A stretch of DNA of 63,048 nt, counting the filler, from Bipalium vagum (taxonomy: Eukaryota), in NCBI GenBank assembly GCA_037834085.1. It is 3 parts of 3 records of this genome, joined end to end, with 100 filler letters (N's around TTAATTAATTAA, not from the genome) between each part and the next. Parts side by side here need not be neighbours in the genome. Positions count along the whole stretch, not along the records: positions 1 to 27,651 come from JBBMKC010083877.1; 2 more parts are not named here. One strand, given 5' to 3'. Of this stretch, positions 1 to 12,853 are shown piece by piece. The position numbers and the translations under genes are program-made. The first letter of the stretch is position 1. Every line of letters starts with the position of its first letter. The notes below the pieces were generated by a model that was not told where the DNA came from, ran no database searches, and saw nothing but the letters and a program-made list of their open reading frames with translations.

Positions 1-1474
1 TTGGTGAGCCCAGTTCTAACCTATATTAATAGAGTTAGCATTTTTATATTTTCGAGATTAGATCTCGCAGTAAGCGTTGAACCAAAACACTTACAACTCT
101 TTAAAATCCTTCTGATATTAATACGAGCTACGTTACGTTTTTGAAAGAACATTAAAGTAAACCCCGCTTTTAAAAACTTAACATATACAAGATAGAAAAA
201 AAAGAAATACCTAAAAGGAAATAACCGGTGTTTTACATACCAAATTAACAGCAGTTTATGCTTTAATAAAGGTAATTTTTAAAAATTACATAATTAAAGG
301 TATATTTAAAGTAGATAATAAACTAAAAGGTGAGGTCCGAAAAAAACCATTGACAAATGAATATTTTCAGTTCTTACAAAGGACTATTGATGAAGACGTT
401 TGTGTGTGATGTGCATCACAATGACAGATATTATTAGGTATCAAATTCAATCAATACCTTTTAATAACGAAACATTTGTTGTTTATATCATTTCATTGAT
501 TTAAGATATTGATATTCGTGGGCGTTCTGTCATCATAATGGATGTTTCATTTCAAAAGGTGTAAAAAATAAAAGAAATTATTGAAACTAGAAGTCATTTA
601 TTATTCTTACTTCTACCGTTTCTTAATCTGTGAAGAAATATGTTTGCAAAGTGGAAAAATAGCATCAGATAATCGTGTCCATTAGATAAAGAAACTTTAA
701 TTAAGCTTATAAATAATGTTGGTATAATAATATCGCCAAGTAATTGTGCACCATATTATCGTTATATGACAGGTTTCATATTAAGGTGCAGTAATAAGGA
801 ATTCATTAGTGATGAATTAAATTTTGTAATCTTTTATGAATAAAATTTGTACTTTAACCTTTTTCAAAATATGGGTAAATATTTTAAACTGAAGGTACCC
901 TGTAATTAACTTGTTCATTTTGATCTTTTGATCTATTAGTGTCATTTAGAAACCTTTGTAAAACGTAACATATTCAATAAAAGTTTTAAAAAGAGTTTTC
1001 TTTTTTATTTTGTGATTGATTCATTATCTTTACATTCAAATAGGAGTCAGATAAGAAAATTAAACAACCACACGTGTAAAAACTTAATATTAATGTGTCG
1101 TCAACACTATTTTATGGAGAATAAATAAAATTTCGTAAACTGAGGTTTACTGAAAAATATTTTTTTATATCTTGTTACTTTCTTACAGAAGTTAAAAAAC
1201 ATCCACAATAAAATTACTTTATTACCATTAGGCCGCCAAGAAGGCACCAGGTTGGATTCCGAATTTTTCCCCCGTTTAAGGATCAGTTCGGTTTTAAAAG
1301 ATTTGGATCGATGATTTTCCAGTCATCCCGTTCGCACCTAGTGATGATTTTGAGAAGCTTTTTATCACGTCAATCTTATTTTCAGCTATTAATATTTTTT
1401 CTCCTTTTCATGAAATACCTGCACTAGGGCTTCTTTCGCAGAATTTATAACTTAATCAAATAATAAATAAATCA

Positions 1475-1842
1475 TCTTTCAGATGGGGATGAAGTTCAAA
1501 AACTCTTACGCTTCCCTGGCCGTAAAGTATGTCGTCTAAGAAACGACATAATGCTAAAACGCAACAGATAAAATTAATTTAAATATCCACAATATTCTCA
1601 GAACGAGATTCGAGTTCAAATATATAGATATATGGGTAAGCCACATTCAACGATAATAATGTGACAGTGATCAGAATCTATGGTTCCCCTAGTACTAGAA
1701 AGAATTTATATAGTAGACACTTTATATGTTATGGTACCTGTCTCAGGAAGGTCTAAACCCAGCCCATGCTCGCTATTAGTAGGTGGACAATGCAATACTT
1801 TGCGAATTCTGCTTCTCTATGATAGGAAGAACCGTCTTCGAA
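1475..1842 (-). pseudogene. Degenerate 3' fragment of 28S (LSU) rRNA
   Basis: Reverse complement reads TTCGAAGACGGTTCTTCCTATCATAGAGAAGCAGAATTC...CTAATAGCGAGCATGGGCTGGGTTTAGACCTTCCTGAGACAGGT, a mutated copy of the conserved LSU domain V/VI sequence. It is followed by a degenerate sarcin-ricin loop (AGTACTAGGGGAACC vs AGTACGAGAGGAACC) and an LSU-3'-end-like TAGACGAC...GGCCAGGG. Conserved positions are substituted and there are internal deletions. Confidence 0.8.
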
Positions 1843-2484
1843 CTCTAGTGCAGTAGAGAGTGTGGCCTTTATGACCTTTCAGAATATAGATTCGTCCACC
1901 AGAAACCAAGGTATAGCACCGCAGAACATTATTACCAAACCCCATGTTTGACATCTAGAAAGCCCGTTTCTTAAACATCCAACCTTATCGTCCACATCTA
2001 AATCTTTCACAGATTTATAAAATTTTCTATTTCCTTTTGTTACGATTTGCCCACAGTTCACCTTTTTTTTACTAAATTTACCGAAAAATTCTGGTATTCT
2101 GAACTTAACAAACTAAACATGTAACAAACTAAATAATATCATGTATGAAACCAAGTATCTTATAAAAACGATAAATGGTTCAATTCTTAAGAGAATTTCG
2201 GATTCTTCATCATTCAATTGTCAACTTATCCAATTCTAGATAAAGAATCATCCAAATTCAACCGAAATCAAAAAAATAATTGAAAAATTCATATTTTTTT
2301 TGAAAAAAATTGTAAAATCTCATATATTATTTTATTAATTAGTAAAGTAAAATGATTAAAAACAATATTTGTATATTTTTAATTAAAAAAAACAATAACA
2401 ATAAAAAAAATACATAGATATAACAATCTCAAATAAATCTCAGAAAAACATACAAATTCAAAGTCCAAAATATATTTTATAAAA

Positions 2485-3248
2485 TTAAGCTGTCATACTC
2501 TCTCTGATTGAGTGAGATCTTGATCGCTTTCTATCACGAGCCTCGCGAGATCTTTGGGAAAGCAATTTGTTGTATTCTTCCTTGTCAGCGATCTTCTTTT
2601 CTTTTCGTTGAGATTTAAGGGCAGCAATTCTCCTTCTTCTTTGTAAAGTGATTGGTGTGACTAAGTTTTGGATCTTGGGAGCTTTGCTTCTTACTTTCTT
2701 GCCATCTTTTTCTGGCAATTCTCGTCTTATCACATATTTACGAACGTCGTCACTGGTTGATAAGTTAAAGAGTTTTCTGATCTTTGAGGCTCTTTTTGGA
2801 CCCAGTCTTTTTGGAACTTCAGTATCTGTAAGGCCGGGAATTTCGTTCTCTCCTTTTTGTTCAATGCTTAAGCTCAGAACGCTCAAGTTACTATCAACAA
2901 TACAACCACGAACACTCTTTCTTTTGCGTTCACCTGCTCTTCTTTCTCTATAGCATTTAGATCCTTTCTTCAAAAGGAGTCTAACTCTCAAATTTGTCAA
3001 AACACCTTTCATCATAGGGAAACCTTGTTTGTCATTGCCTCCAGTAATTTTAAATAAATATCCTTTCCATTCTTCTCCTAAAGAATCAGCTGGAACAATG
3101 TTTGATACATGCTTTTCCATGAAAGGCTTTAATTTATGGATGTCATCAACTTCAATGCATTTTTGAGATCCCAAAGCAGGGTATGATATATTTAGCTAGA
3201 AAAATTTAATATAATTTAATTTGTAAATAAAAACTTTTTTACTTTCAT
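2485..3248 (-). CDS. RPS6: 40S ribosomal protein S6 (eS6), 238 aa, 2 exons (3248-3243, 3195-2485)
   Basis: ATG AAA, a 47-nt GT-AG intron (3242-3196), then [18 protein letters not shown]...[10 protein letters not shown]...RKSVRGCIV...[18 protein letters not shown]...KAPKIQ. An intron after MK is the usual RPS6 arrangement. Confidence 0.97.
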
Positions 3249-5662
3249 TGCTACTTCAAATTTTTTTTATATTATAAATCCTAATTATTTAAACAATTTT
3301 TTTATAAAATTCTTAACCAATAAAAAATTTTAAAAATTATTTTCCATAAAATTTAAGTAAAATAATTCATTAAAAAATACATTATCACTTATATCATTTA
3401 TGAAGTGAATTTTAATTCAAAAATTTGTATTTTCATTTTATTCAATATAATTAGTGAAAGTGATCAAATCGCCTTATTATATGATTTTTAACATGTTATC
3501 CATATAAAACTAGCGGTTATATGAATTAACACAATCTACTAATAGTTAAAAAAATTTTAAATATTTTGTCATTTTTAAAATGTTAAAATTGTTGAAAAAT
3601 AATAAACATTTTAATTTTTTAAAAAATATATGCATTGGAAAAATCCACATTATCAGCTGTAATCAAATTAATTTCTTAATGAAAATTTTAGCTTAATAAT
3701 GGACAAATAATTAAGACTTTAAAATTTTCGAATAAATAAAAAGGATATTCAAATAGTAGAAATAAACAGATATAAAACACAAATCAAAAACGAGTACTAA
3801 AAAAGATCATTAAGCACTTAATCTATTGAAAAATAAACTTATGGCTACTATTAATATTTTCAAAATGTTTAACTGTTTTAATAATAATAAGATTGAAGAC
3901 ATGAAACGTCTAATTATATTAGTAGACAGATATTTAACTAACTTATTTAAAAAACTTAAAGTAATGATAAGAGTGAAAAATTGTAATCCTAAAATTAATA
4001 CTAATTAATTAATCCATTAAAGATCAAAGACCCTGAGATCTTACCAACTTTTGCTGTCAATAAAACCATAAATTCCGTGATGTCAATTGAGTAATTTATT
4101 CAGAACAACACCGTCTTTCATAAACATCTGTGTTAGTCAGAAAACTGTAGGTATATACTGTTCTTCGATTGCTTCAGAAAGTTAAGTATTACGGGGTTGG
4201 TTAGAAGACAAACCTGAGATGATTCTTTACGGCTCTCATTATCCATTCCATTAAAGTTCATGTGTTTAAAAATTCACAAGTTTAATGTAGAACCGTAGAT
4301 GTCTTGGTAAATTATACTATCAGCTCTTATGGTCGGAGCTAAACAATGTCAGACCATCTGCTATTTACTCTTCACACTTTACTGACTTTTATTTCGTTAA
4401 ATATAAGATGATTAGTGATATGAACCTGAGGTTCAGGAGTTAGATATAAGCTGTAAAATTCTTGGAAGACTATTATCTGAAAATTAGTTTAATTTTATTT
4501 AAAACTGTATTATAATTTTATCACATTATAATACAAATCACTTTTAACTGTAAAATTATAACTTACTAGAATTTAAATTGCTAATTTTTGTACTACCTAC
4601 CAGTGTTTCCAATACTCAGATTTTCCCATAACTGTCCAATGAAATTATTTTTTTGTTTTTTATAAATTACATTATCATCAATCATTTTCCAAAGTTAAAA
4701 TAATAATTTAAAAAATCTCTTGAACACATTTTGATCTGATCTAACTTCGATTTTTAAACCAATATTAGTTTTTTTGGTTATGTGAGTAGGAATGAACTAA
4801 CGAATCAATGAAAGGAAAAATTTATTGTTTAGTCAAAATTTTTGTTTATTATTATTATTAATCATTATCATTATAACCCTTAAGTGGTTTTAATCTAAAA
4901 ATAAAACATTTTCATGGATTAGAGCAATACAGTAATAAATATTTAGAATTGAGACTCGTCCAATAGATTATAAGAAAATGAGCATAAATAACATTTAAGA
5001 GATCTACAGATTAGCAGATAGAACATTTTGTAGTTAATTAATTAAATTAGTTCGATTGTGGGAAATTGTCTTTCTATTATTTCTATATTCATTTGTGTTC
5101 TTAAATTTATTCAAGTAACGTTCCGGATCCATTGTCTGTTGTACTAAAAGTATTGTTTTAAAATTAGATTTACATAAAATCCTAATAATATTTTGACAGG
5201 CCCAAAACCCCTAACATTTTTCTTTCCGAATTCCACTTTTATTTTCTTCCATTTTTTATTTTGATTAAAATGTTTCATAAATGTCAGTATTTAGACATGC
5301 AAAAACTGACATATTTTAGTTCTATTAAATCTTTATTATTGTTCGTGGGGTCTAGTGCATCTGCGGAATATTTATTACCTTTGGAGACTTTCGGAAATCA
5401 TTTTTGGATTGTCCTTTCTTTTATCAAAAGTATATCATACAAAACTTATATGAAGAATCTTGATTTTCTTGTTTATTAGATTTATACATTTAAAGAAAAG
5501 ACCTGGTAAATTATTAGAATATTTTAATTACCTTAACAATATTTAGTAAAAAATCGAAATTGGTTGAACTATTCAAATTTATCTTGAACAAATAGAAATA
5601 ATGTAATCACTATTTTTTATTGAAAGTGATAATAATAAATAAATAAAGTATTCCAAATGCTC

Positions 5663-7000
5663 TCAAGATTCACAGGATGATGTTATACTATTAAGGTGAA
5701 CTCTCATATGTCGATTAAGGTTTCCAGACTGGGAGAATTTTAATAAACAAATTCTACATTTATAAGGTTTTTCACCTGAATGAACTCTTGTATGTTTAGT
5801 AAGGGTAGAGCTGTCGGAAAAGGCTTTACTGCACCGATGGCAACGGTACGGTCTTTCACCAGAATGAGTTCTCATATGAGTTGTTACTGATGAACTTTGT
5901 GAGAATGTTCTGAAACAAATATGACATGAAAATGGCTTTTCTCCAGAATGAATTCGTTTGTGAGCCGTCAAATTTGCAAGTTGAGAAAAGGTTTTAGAGC
6001 AAACAATACATTTGAAAGGTCTTTCTCCCGAATGAGTTCTCATATGAATTTTTAATGTACTAGGTCTAGCATAGGATCTACTACACAAGTGACATTGGTT
6101 AGGTTCATATAAATGAAAATGCGTAGATATTAATTTCAAGTCTTTATGGTTTCCTTCTTTACATAGATTTTCGGAATTTTGATATTTCAATATCGGAACT
6201 GTTGTATGGGGCAATGGATGAATTCTTATTTGATAATTATTGAATTGTCCATAATTATAAATTTGAGACATCACTCTTTCATCTATTACTGTTGCGCTAT
6301 TGGAATTTAATTGTGCATTTATTTCATTATCTGAATACTGATTATGAGAAAGAGAATATGGAAACGGATCAACCGCATTCCGTTTCTTAGGATGAGAAGC
6401 CTTATAAATATCGATTGGAGGTAAAGGGTAATTTTGACAAAATTGGGTTATATAGTTTCTTGAGGGATATCTGTTATGTCTTGTATATGCTGCTTCAAGA
6501 TCTACGTTCATTTTCATTGATAAATTGATGTTCATACATGGGGGAAACATGTTGCACGAGTTTGTTGAATCGATATCATTATTAACGAGATTAGCTGATG
6601 GATAGTATTCACTATCATTATAAGCGACATTCGAGTTTTCCATAAGGGGGATCTCTTGATTATAAAATTGCTTCATATCATTGAGTTTATAGGAAAAATA
6701 GTTAGATCTTTTGGTATTCCAATTACCCAAAATGTTTGATGAAAATGAAAAATGTTGATAATTGTTTTGATCATAATTAACATCTATTGAAGAATTAGCT
6801 TTATTACTAATATTATCAGTTGTGTCGTTATAGTGACTACCCAATAATTGAAAGTCAGCATTATATGACATATTAGGTCTTGGAAAGTTCAGACTGTTTG
6901 TATTCATGAAAGGTGTCTCATTACTCAAGATATCATCAGAAAGTTGAAAATTGGATGATGCTGAAAAATTACATGCAGCTGACAGTGATGTGAAAACCAT
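5663..7000 (-). CDS. gl: Glass-family C2H2 zinc-finger transcription factor (5 fingers), single-exon ORF, 445 aa
   Basis: Finger array [10 protein letters not shown] / [10 protein letters not shown] / [10 protein letters not shown] / [10 protein letters not shown] / [10 protein letters not shown] matches the recognition helices of Drosophila Glass. The N-terminus is N/S-rich low complexity. Confidence 0.93.
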   Translation of the reverse strand: MVFTSLSAACNFSASSNFQLSDDILSNETPFMNTNSLNFPRPNMSYNADFQLLGSHYNDTTDNISNKANSSIDVNYDQNNYQHFSFSSNILGNWNTKRSNYFSYKLNDMKQFYNQEIPLMENSNVAYNDSEYYPSANLVNNDIDSTNSCNMFPPCMNINLSMKMNVDLEAAYTRHNRYPSRNYITQFCQNYPLPPIDIYKASHPKKRNAVDPFPYSLSHNQYSDNEINAQLNSNSATVIDERVMSQIYNYGQFNNYQIRIHPLPHTTVPILKYQNSENLCKEGNHKDLKLISTHFHLYEPNQCHLCSRSYARPSTLKIHMRTHSGERPFKCIVCSKTFSQLANLTAHKRIHSGEKPFSCHICFRTFSQSSSVTTHMRTHSGERPYRCHRCSKAFSDSSTLTKHTRVHSGEKPYKCRICLLKFSQSGNLNRHMRVHLNSITSSCES

Positions 7001-7574
7001 TGATGATATTTTCTAGATTTTTTTTGTTTGAGCAAACAGAATAAAATTAAGAAATCTATTTACTTGTAAAACAAAATGATTGTGTTAAAAAAGTAACATG
7101 AATTTATCATTTTTGTGATTTTTATATTCGGTTTTTTATGAAACTCTTTTGCGGCTAAAGAAGTCAGATAATAATATGATTGGTTGATTGAATGAAGCTG
7201 TATCCATTATTGGGCATTTTACAATGAGAGGTTTCTCTCATAGTGCAGGGGATTTGCTGTGTTTCCTGGTAAAAAATACAATTTTTAATTAATTCTCGTT
7301 TCTCATCATTGTCCTTAGCGGGCTTCTTTATTTTGTCATTGATAAACTAATGAAGAAATCCGATCATCTGGTTGAATATTTTTTTAGTATCATTTTTTTG
7401 ATAAATATTGATTTAAAAATTTCTAAAAGTTAAATTAATCTCATAAAATTAATTAATTAAACTAATTAAATTAATAAAATGGAACTTTTGATAACTCAAC
7501 ATTTTTTTACTCATTAATGTAACAATCAGTCCAAAGACTGAAAGAAACCATGTTTTTATTATTGAACATTTATA

Positions 7575-8251
7575 CTGTGTTTTTCTTATTACAATATTTT
7601 TCATGTAATTTAATCCATGTTTCATATAAGCGACCGCTTATATTATTTTCTGATGAAAAAAAGGGGCTCCGCTTATATTTGGAGGACCGCCTATTTTTAC
7701 CGATTACTTGAAAAGTCATATAATCTTTTAATATTATAATATTTCTAATGTTTAAAGAAGATACGGGAATTTTAACGAGAGACAGTTAAAGCGTCCTCTT
7801 TTGCGATATCTTCAAAAAAATCAAGATTTTGAACACTTTCAATTAATTCCTGTGAATTATGTTTATCTTTGATCTAAGTTTATGTAATCTCTCGTTTTTT
7901 GCTACGAAGCTTTATTCGAATGAAGCCGACTTGCATAGGTTTGCATAAACAGAACACAGGTTCTTGTCTCTAGACTCTTCTACAATTGACTTCTTACTAG
8001 AATACTAGAATAATACGGTGTAACTTTTTCTGGATTTTGCTATTTATAATGGGAAAATTATATTCATTTAACAGTCTTTGAAAATTTGAAAGATTGATTT
8101 AATAATTTCTTTATGATATGTATGCATGCATAATAATTGCATATTTATAGTTTTTATTTATATAGTATTTATATTTATTACCGCTTTTATTTGGAGGGCC
8201 GTTTTTTTTTACAAGCAAAAAAAGCCATCGCATATAATAGGAAAAAAACGG
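7575..8251. mobile_element. Non-autonomous pogo/Tigger-like DNA transposon
   Basis: Imperfect TIRs (TA)CTGTGTTTTTCTTATTA and TAATAGGAAAAAAACGG(CA). The subterminal motif CCGCTT(A/T)TATTTGGAGG(A/G)CCG occurs near both ends (~7669 and ~8181). Confidence 0.6.
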
Positions 8252-8451
8252 CATATAAGCCAGTGCTTATAAGAATTTTTGAGAAAATCAAAACTTATCT
8301 TTTAATAATAATAATAGTAATATATGTACATTATTAACTCTGAAATTTAAGTTTTATTTATATTTATGTCAATAACAAGTGGCCGGCTGTTTTATAATCA
8401 CATTTTATTTTTTGTCGATATTCAAAAAAGTTTAAATTCAAATTGTGCCAG

Positions 8452-11400
8452 GACGGATATGATCAGCTGATGAAAGTGAGTCCGGATGACTTTAAGAAAA
8501 AAATCCGCGTACGATTTATAAACGAATTGGTGAGCTTTGGACTGCCTTTTTTGTAACACATTGCCAATAATTCTCTTTTCCAGGGTATGGACGAAGTGGG
8601 TATTGATTTGGACGGGGTTTTTAAAGAGTTTCTTGAAGAAACTTTGAAGACTTTACTTAACCCTAGTTTAAATTTATTTTGCGTCACTTCCGATAATCGA
8701 TTGTATCCATCGCCGTTGTCGGGCTTGTACGAGCAGAACCACTTGCTTCTCTTTCAATTCCTCGGCCGATTAATGGCTAAAGCTATTTACGAAGTTTATT
8801 TATTATCAATTTCTTCGGTTCTTTAAAATATTGATATTTAGGAAATTCTAATTGAGGCACCTTTTGCCAACTTTTTCCTCACGCAAATTTTACGAAAGGA
8901 ACAGTCAAACATGTATAGCTTTATTGATGAGTTAATTACTCTTGACAAGGATCTTTATAAGAGTTTAACATATGTCAAAGTAAGTAACAATTACTCAATA
9001 ACCTTATAATAATATTATCTAAATTAATCACGCGAGAATTTAATTTTATCAATATTTTAAAGTTTAAATAAGTCATTATGGAAAATAATATTTGACTAAA
9101 AACATGTTTTCTCGCAGAAAAATTTTACTGAAGATTTTGAAAAGTAATAAAATCGATATTAATAATTTTATTATTTTTTAAAATTCATTGTCAATAAAAC
9201 ATGGATGGACAAAATTGGTGCGGCTCTTATATTAGAGATAAAAAAAACTGAGGAAACTTACTTTAGATACAAATGCCAAAAATAAATTCAAATACAGGCG
9301 TCAATAAATCTTTGCTTTTCAACTTAAAATGAACCAGTGCAAATATCAACAATAAAACGAAGAATTTAGCTAAATATAGCTCATTGCTGTGTGCAGCACA
9401 TATCTAACTTTCGCAAAACAGGTTATGTGTCGAGTTAATTTCATTATTTTTTAGCTCTTATTTTCAAAGTGGGTCTCATATCAAAACCATTTTGAAAAAT
9501 TATTGGTAGATTTTACTTTCGACATAGATCTTATGTTTGAGGAAGCACCGGATACAAGTGGTTTTGGTTTCAGTAAACAATTATGAAAATTAATTGTAAC
9601 AAGGATTGTATTTAATAAGGTTTTTTGTTCAAAATTGAAATTTAATTTTTAAATCATATTATTAATAAATTAAATTATAATAACACGTTGGCAAGAAAGT
9701 AAAATACATGTGTCACATATATGATAATAATTAATCTTTATGCTATAATGAAAAAAATTCTTTTCTTTACATAGATAAGTATTCAATTTTTATCTCACAA
9801 TACATGCTTCACATTTTCCAAAAGGGTCAAAACAAAATTTTGTTAACTTTTAGTTTGTTTATAAATAGTAAAGTTCCACAATGTTTGGTTCGTTTTTGAG
9901 AAAGGAATTTTACGTTAAAAATAATCTAAGTATTGGTGTCCGTACTTGTGACACATAATTTTATGCATACAAGAAAAATTGCAAGAAAATGTCAAGTATT
10001 TTAATACTAATATTAAGAATCTCATCAGAATCTATGATAGATTAGGAATGTCTGTAAAATGAATTCCCATTAATATAAAATTACACTCTGGCCAGCTTGA
10101 AATTATAAAATGTACAATCAATTCAATAATTGAAATAATAACATCCATTTTAAATGCTATAATATCAGGTTATCGGATTAGAAATGTCGTTTTTCTTAAA
10201 AAGATTATTTAATATATAAACAACAATAAGATACTGATCCAATATACAGTTAAACCTCTTTATAACGACACCACTCGGGAACGTCCAAATTGTCGATATA
10301 TAGAGGTTCCACTGTATAATCTCCACAGAGATCAATGACCTGTCCCCAACGTTCATGTAAAGAATAAATGTCCTTAAATAAATCGATTGTCACGACTCGA
10401 ACAAGTTGGACACCCAAATTTCAAGCTCTTGTCGGTTTTTAAATTTCTTTCCAGGCAAAACATTTTGCATGCACCTGAATAAATAGCAGTCGGTGGCGCA
10501 ATTTCCAGGTTATATGGGTGATGAGGAAGAACTTACCACTTCAATTCCTCAATTTTCTTCTGATAGACTTTCGTAATTTGTGGCCTAGGGTGTACAATGG
10601 TGTACAAGTGATCATCAAAGATTGGATGATAACATCAGAACTTCTCCCAAAGTTCTCTTGTTGTTTACGTGGATCCATTTCGACGTAATCCTTAAGTGCC
10701 TCATTGTCAACAATTTCTGGAGGTTCCCATGCACTTCGTCTTCCAGGATTTCTTTACTATTTTTGAAGCTCTGAAACCAATGCTGGCATTGCCGTAATGA
10801 TGGAAATTGTCTTTGAAATGTAAAATACATTTCCAATCCAACAACCTAATATATAGAATTTTAATTAAATAATTTAATATTAATTAATTAGATTTTAATT
10901 CAGATTTATACAATAAAAATAAATAATCATTACAAAAAAATAGATATAGAGAAATAAATTTTTTTATTCAGCACTATGAAGGGGACGTGAGTGATTTAGA
11001 ATTAACTTTTTCGTATGATGAAGATCGATTGGGTAAAATTGAAACTCATGATTTACGCCCAGGTGGTGGATATATGACGGTTACCAATGACACCAAAATC
11101 AGCTATGTACACATGATTGCACGATTTCGTATGTTTCAGCAGATTCGCGATCAAACCAGAGCATTTATATCCGGATTTTATTCTATTATTCAAAGAGACT
11201 GGTTCAACATGTTCTCTGTTCCGGAAATGTTGACCTTGATCTGCGGGAGCAACACTAAAATTGATATCGATGATTTGAAGTCAGTGCGAATTAAATACCA
11301 GCCGGTACTCGTTGACTCTATTGATGAATCTTTGTTCCATTTAGGCAAAATGTTCGTTACTCTGGTGGCTTTCACGCAGGTCACAAAGTGATTGTTTGGT

Positions 11401-11804
11401 TGTGGGACATTCTGAAAAATGATTTTTCTGAGACCGAAAAGGGTTTGTTTCTTAAGGTTTACTTTCATTCTGCGTTTATTTAATTTTGTTACGTGTTATT
11501 ATTTTCTTTACAGTTTGTTACTAGTTGCTCTAAACCTCCGCTGTTGGGCTTTTCATATCTGGAGCCAACCTTCTCAATTCGTTGCGTTCATTCTTCCGAT
11601 GAGGACCAAGAGGCCGAGGACACAGTCGGATCCTTGTTGAAGAACATTTTCACAATGTCCAAGAAGAAAAACGACATCAAAAGACTACCATCAGCAGCCA
11701 CGTGCTTCAACCTTCTCAAGCTACCAAATTACGAATCGAAGTCCACCCTCAGAGAAAAGTTACAATATGTCATTTACTCAGGCGCTGGATTCGAGCTCTC
11801 GTAA
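8452..11804 (+). CDS. UBE3B: HECT E3 ubiquitin ligase UBE3B, C-terminal exons only (8452-8529, 8584-8793, 8842-8979, 10972-11279, 11345-11456, 11514-11804)
   Basis: Spliced translation DGYDQL...[28 protein letters not shown]...RLYPSP...[17 protein letters not shown]...[16 protein letters not shown]...[17 protein letters not shown]...GAGFELS*, with the catalytic Cys intact. All junctions are GT-AG with consistent phase. The N-terminal exons were not found in the window. Confidence 0.92.
10247..10314. mobile_element. 68-bp palindromic MITE (pogo/Tigger-type TIRs) in a UBE3B intron
   Basis: CAGTTAAACCTCTTTATAACGACA, a 20-nt spacer, then TGTCGATATATAGAGGTTCCACTG (24-nt imperfect inverted repeat). 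TA flanks both sides. Confidence 0.75.
10500..10836 (-). mobile_element. Mariner transposase N-terminal (HTH) remnant
   Basis: [26 protein letters not shown] resembles the mariner HTH consensus (RQCQRWF..F..G...LED..R.G). The frame is disrupted. Confidence 0.6.
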
Positions 11805-12178
11805 CATTGGGCTTTATGTGTTTTTTGATGTTTCTTCTTCGTTCCTACCATGTTTTTCTACCTTCTCACTTTATTTACTATTTTCATCTTGTCTTCTTTT
11901 CTGATGATAATTTGTTTTCCGAAATAAACTTCACTCGATCTTTCTATTACATTATTTCCGGTTTTTCTTTCACTGTTTATTTCTTCGTTCGTTGTCAAAT
12001 TCATCATGATTTTTATGTTCTTTATTTTATCTCTCTCTATGCTTGTCAAAACTATTCAAAACTTCTGTTTAAGTTTGAATGAAAACTTGAAAAAAAAATT
12101 CTAAATCATTATTATTATTTCTGTGAAATTTTTAAAAATCAGTTGATCGATTCTGTTAAAGTTTTGATGTTCCCAAAG

Positions 12179-12745
12179 TATTAGGAGTACCCATAAGTAA
12201 TCAATTATTTAAGTGGCAAAACAAAAAAGATTTTAAGCACATTTATTTCTATTTTTAATCGATTATATAATTTCCATCGTGTCTAAGACCTTTTGCCATC
12301 TTCTTGGTAGAGTTTCAATTCCCCGGTCATAAAGTTCTGTATCCTTTGAAGAAAAACATGATGCTAGGTGAGTTCGAATATCATCGGCATTTTTGAAATT
12401 TTGATTCTTCATAGAATGTTCCATAGTCCGGAATATATGAAAATCCGATGGCGCTATATCTGAAGAATATGGGGGATGTGGTAAAACTTCCAAGTCTAGC
12501 TGCCTTATTTTTTCTTGGGTTAATTTTGCTGCATGAGATCTTGCATTATCATGTTGCAATATTACCACTTCCTATAATACCTTTTTTAGAGTGAGGGATG
12601 GTTTCGGAATGGGTGCGGTTAGTTGATTTGGCGAAAGCCATTGCTTGGTGTGCTTGTTGTTATACTAGACCCATTTCTCGTCACCAGTAACAATCCTCAT
12701 TAAAAACGGATCATGTCTTTGTCTGCACAAAAGAGGTGTGCAAAT
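12179..12745 (-). mobile_element. Mariner (DD34D) transposon, 3' remnant
   Basis: IVTGDEKWV, ILQHDNARSH and HPPYSSDIAPSDFHIF motifs. A TIR-like TATTAGGAGTACCCATAAGTAAT lies at the left end. Confidence 0.85.
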
Positions 12746-12853
12746 CGTACGCACAACCAAGCTGTATCATAATTATCGAAGTATGTGAATGGAGACATCT
12801 TTAGCCACAATCAAGAAGTTCATCATTAATTTAATAATGGTCAATCATTCATA

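Noticed and set aside
1246-1262. CACCAGGTTGGATTCC resembling a microsporidian SSU rRNA 5' end
   Set aside because: Similarity stops after about 15 nt and is on the opposite strand to the LSU fragment.
1475-1842. Functional divergent rRNA gene
   Set aside because: Only ~370 nt, substitutions in universally conserved peptidyl-transferase and sarcin-ricin positions, and no upstream LSU sequence.
2648-2953. Antisense ORFs over RPS6, and those over UBE3B and UBE2O exons (e.g. 62367-62735, 61761-61994)
   Set aside because: Shadow frames of real coding exons with no independent motifs.
4020-4450. Slightly GC-richer stretch considered as the missing UBE3B exons
   Set aside because: The + frames I translated (first ~120 nt) all hit stops and show no UBE3B-like peptide. 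Probably old transposon debris of unassignable family.
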